Shown: positions 63,001 to 64,000 of the stretch, one piece after another
Numbering within the stretch: the first letter of the stretch is position 1
Layout of the letters: each line of letters opens with the position of its first letter
From: Basidiobolus meristosporus CBS 931.73
Taxonomy: Eukaryota > Fungi > Basidiobolomycota
Direction of reading: 5' to 3'
Length of the DNA stretch: 64,000 bases
NCBI GenBank assembly: GCA_002104905.1
Contig: MCFE01000381.1
Span: forward strand, 20,143-84,142
Made by a program: the position numbers and the translations under genes
Notes under the pieces: generated by a model
The model's database searches: none
Seen by the model: the letters and a program-made list of their open reading frames with translations, nothing else
What the model was told of the DNA's origin: nothing

Positions 63001-64000
63001 TCTGTAAGGTGTCTTGCTCACTGGAGGGCTATCTCCTGTGTCAATGGCATGATCCACGTCTCTGACTGGTGGTAGGCTTACAAGCTCATCTGGAAACACG
63101 TCTGAATATTTCTTCAAGAGAGTCTGGACCTGCTGGGGTGCTGGGGTAGAGGAATCCTCCTGTAATACCGCCATGAGGAACATCTCTGTACCTTTTCTAA
63201 GTGCTCTACAGAACTGGGTCTTGCTAAGTTCACTTGTCTCACACATACTGGAATTGACCAAGTTGAAATCCAGCCTGGCAGGTAATAGCTCATAGGTCTT
63301 GTTGTCTTTTTGGATCTGAGTAGCATGAGTTCTCCGGTTGATTGATGGATTACAACAAAATAGCCAGGTTTTTCCAAGTACAAGGTCAAACTTGCAGTTC
63401 CCAAATATATAAGCCTGTAGGTCTTCTTCATAGTCATTGATCTTCATTCTTACTGGCTGGGTAATACGGTTGATTATGTGAGAGTTCCCATCAGCTGTGG
63501 AGACTGAAGTTGATTAGGTAGGTTCTGAGTTGATTCCAGCTTTCAAGGCAAATTGCTCCGACATGTACTCATGCAATGCTCCTGAGTCAATCATGATCTT
63601 GGCAGGTACTCCATTGATTACTCCATTCAAGTACAATAACTTCCCTGAGTTTGAGGTCATTTGGGACAAGTACTCTTCTGTCATATGGAAGGTGAGCTCC
63701 AAGTCTTCTTCAAGCTCATCTTCCACATTAATGTGTTCATGGGACTCAATAGGGTTGAAGGTTCTTGTTGCCTGGTGTCCATTTCTTCTCTGAGGGCAGT
63801 ACTTTGCAATAAGTCCTGCTGGTGGCAATTGAAGCAAAGTCCTTTCTCCTTACATTCTTCTGAGGTAGGATTCTTCTGCATAGCATCATTTTCCATTGGT
63901 ACTGCTTCTGATTGTCTTCATTCATAATGATTGTAGCCTTTCTGATTAGTCACTGTAGGCTTCCCAACTCCAAACATAGCTGAGTCATAGTCAGTGGCAA
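60094..64000 (-). mobile_element. Gypsy-E copy 3: 3' LTR 60094-60461, IN-RH-RT-PR-gag end, continues beyond the window
   Basis: PPT agtacgggagaa; GIDFIG / SDRGANF / YHPRTNGVTE / WTGPF integrase, YLDD RT, MIDSGA protease. Single stops separate the ORFs. No chromodomain. Confidence 0.95.

Overview
Eukaryotic, most likely fungal, DNA (inference from the retroelement clades and short GT-AG intron-like segments). About 1-3.3 kb is CpG-retaining, probably host sequence. It holds a 61-aa small ORF (2998-3183) with a diverged paralog (1657-1836) and unassigned minus-strand exon candidates. From about 3.7 kb to the end is a strongly CpG-depleted, deeply nested transposon graveyard. Copia content: one complete element (4979-9659, GTTTT TSD), two more copies of that family nested in each other (10639-20835), and two older relics. 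Ty3/gypsy content: a Lys-primed non-chromo element (22706-29200), an Ala-primed 5' remnant (20836-22706), a near-intact chromovirus with chromodomain and probable self-priming PBS (44635-50584), three nested copies of a Met-primed family (53040-64000), and several solo LTRs, most with 4-bp TSDs. DNA transposon relics: a CACTA-like transposase with a divergent second ORF, and a DDE_Tnp_4 (PIF/Harbinger/ISL2EU-like) transposase with a divergent CpG-rich ORF. No element is coding-intact. The most interesting unexplained signals are: a long-palindrome element family sharing a GGCACTAT motif with the DDE transposase flank; the CpG-rich F-box/Myb-like ORF; AGGGG arrays and a terminal hairpin in one LTR family; apparent gene conversion in an inverted LTR pair; and the microprotein pair. 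All alignments and counts were done by eye and are approximate. I did not find an unambiguous novel multi-gene system.
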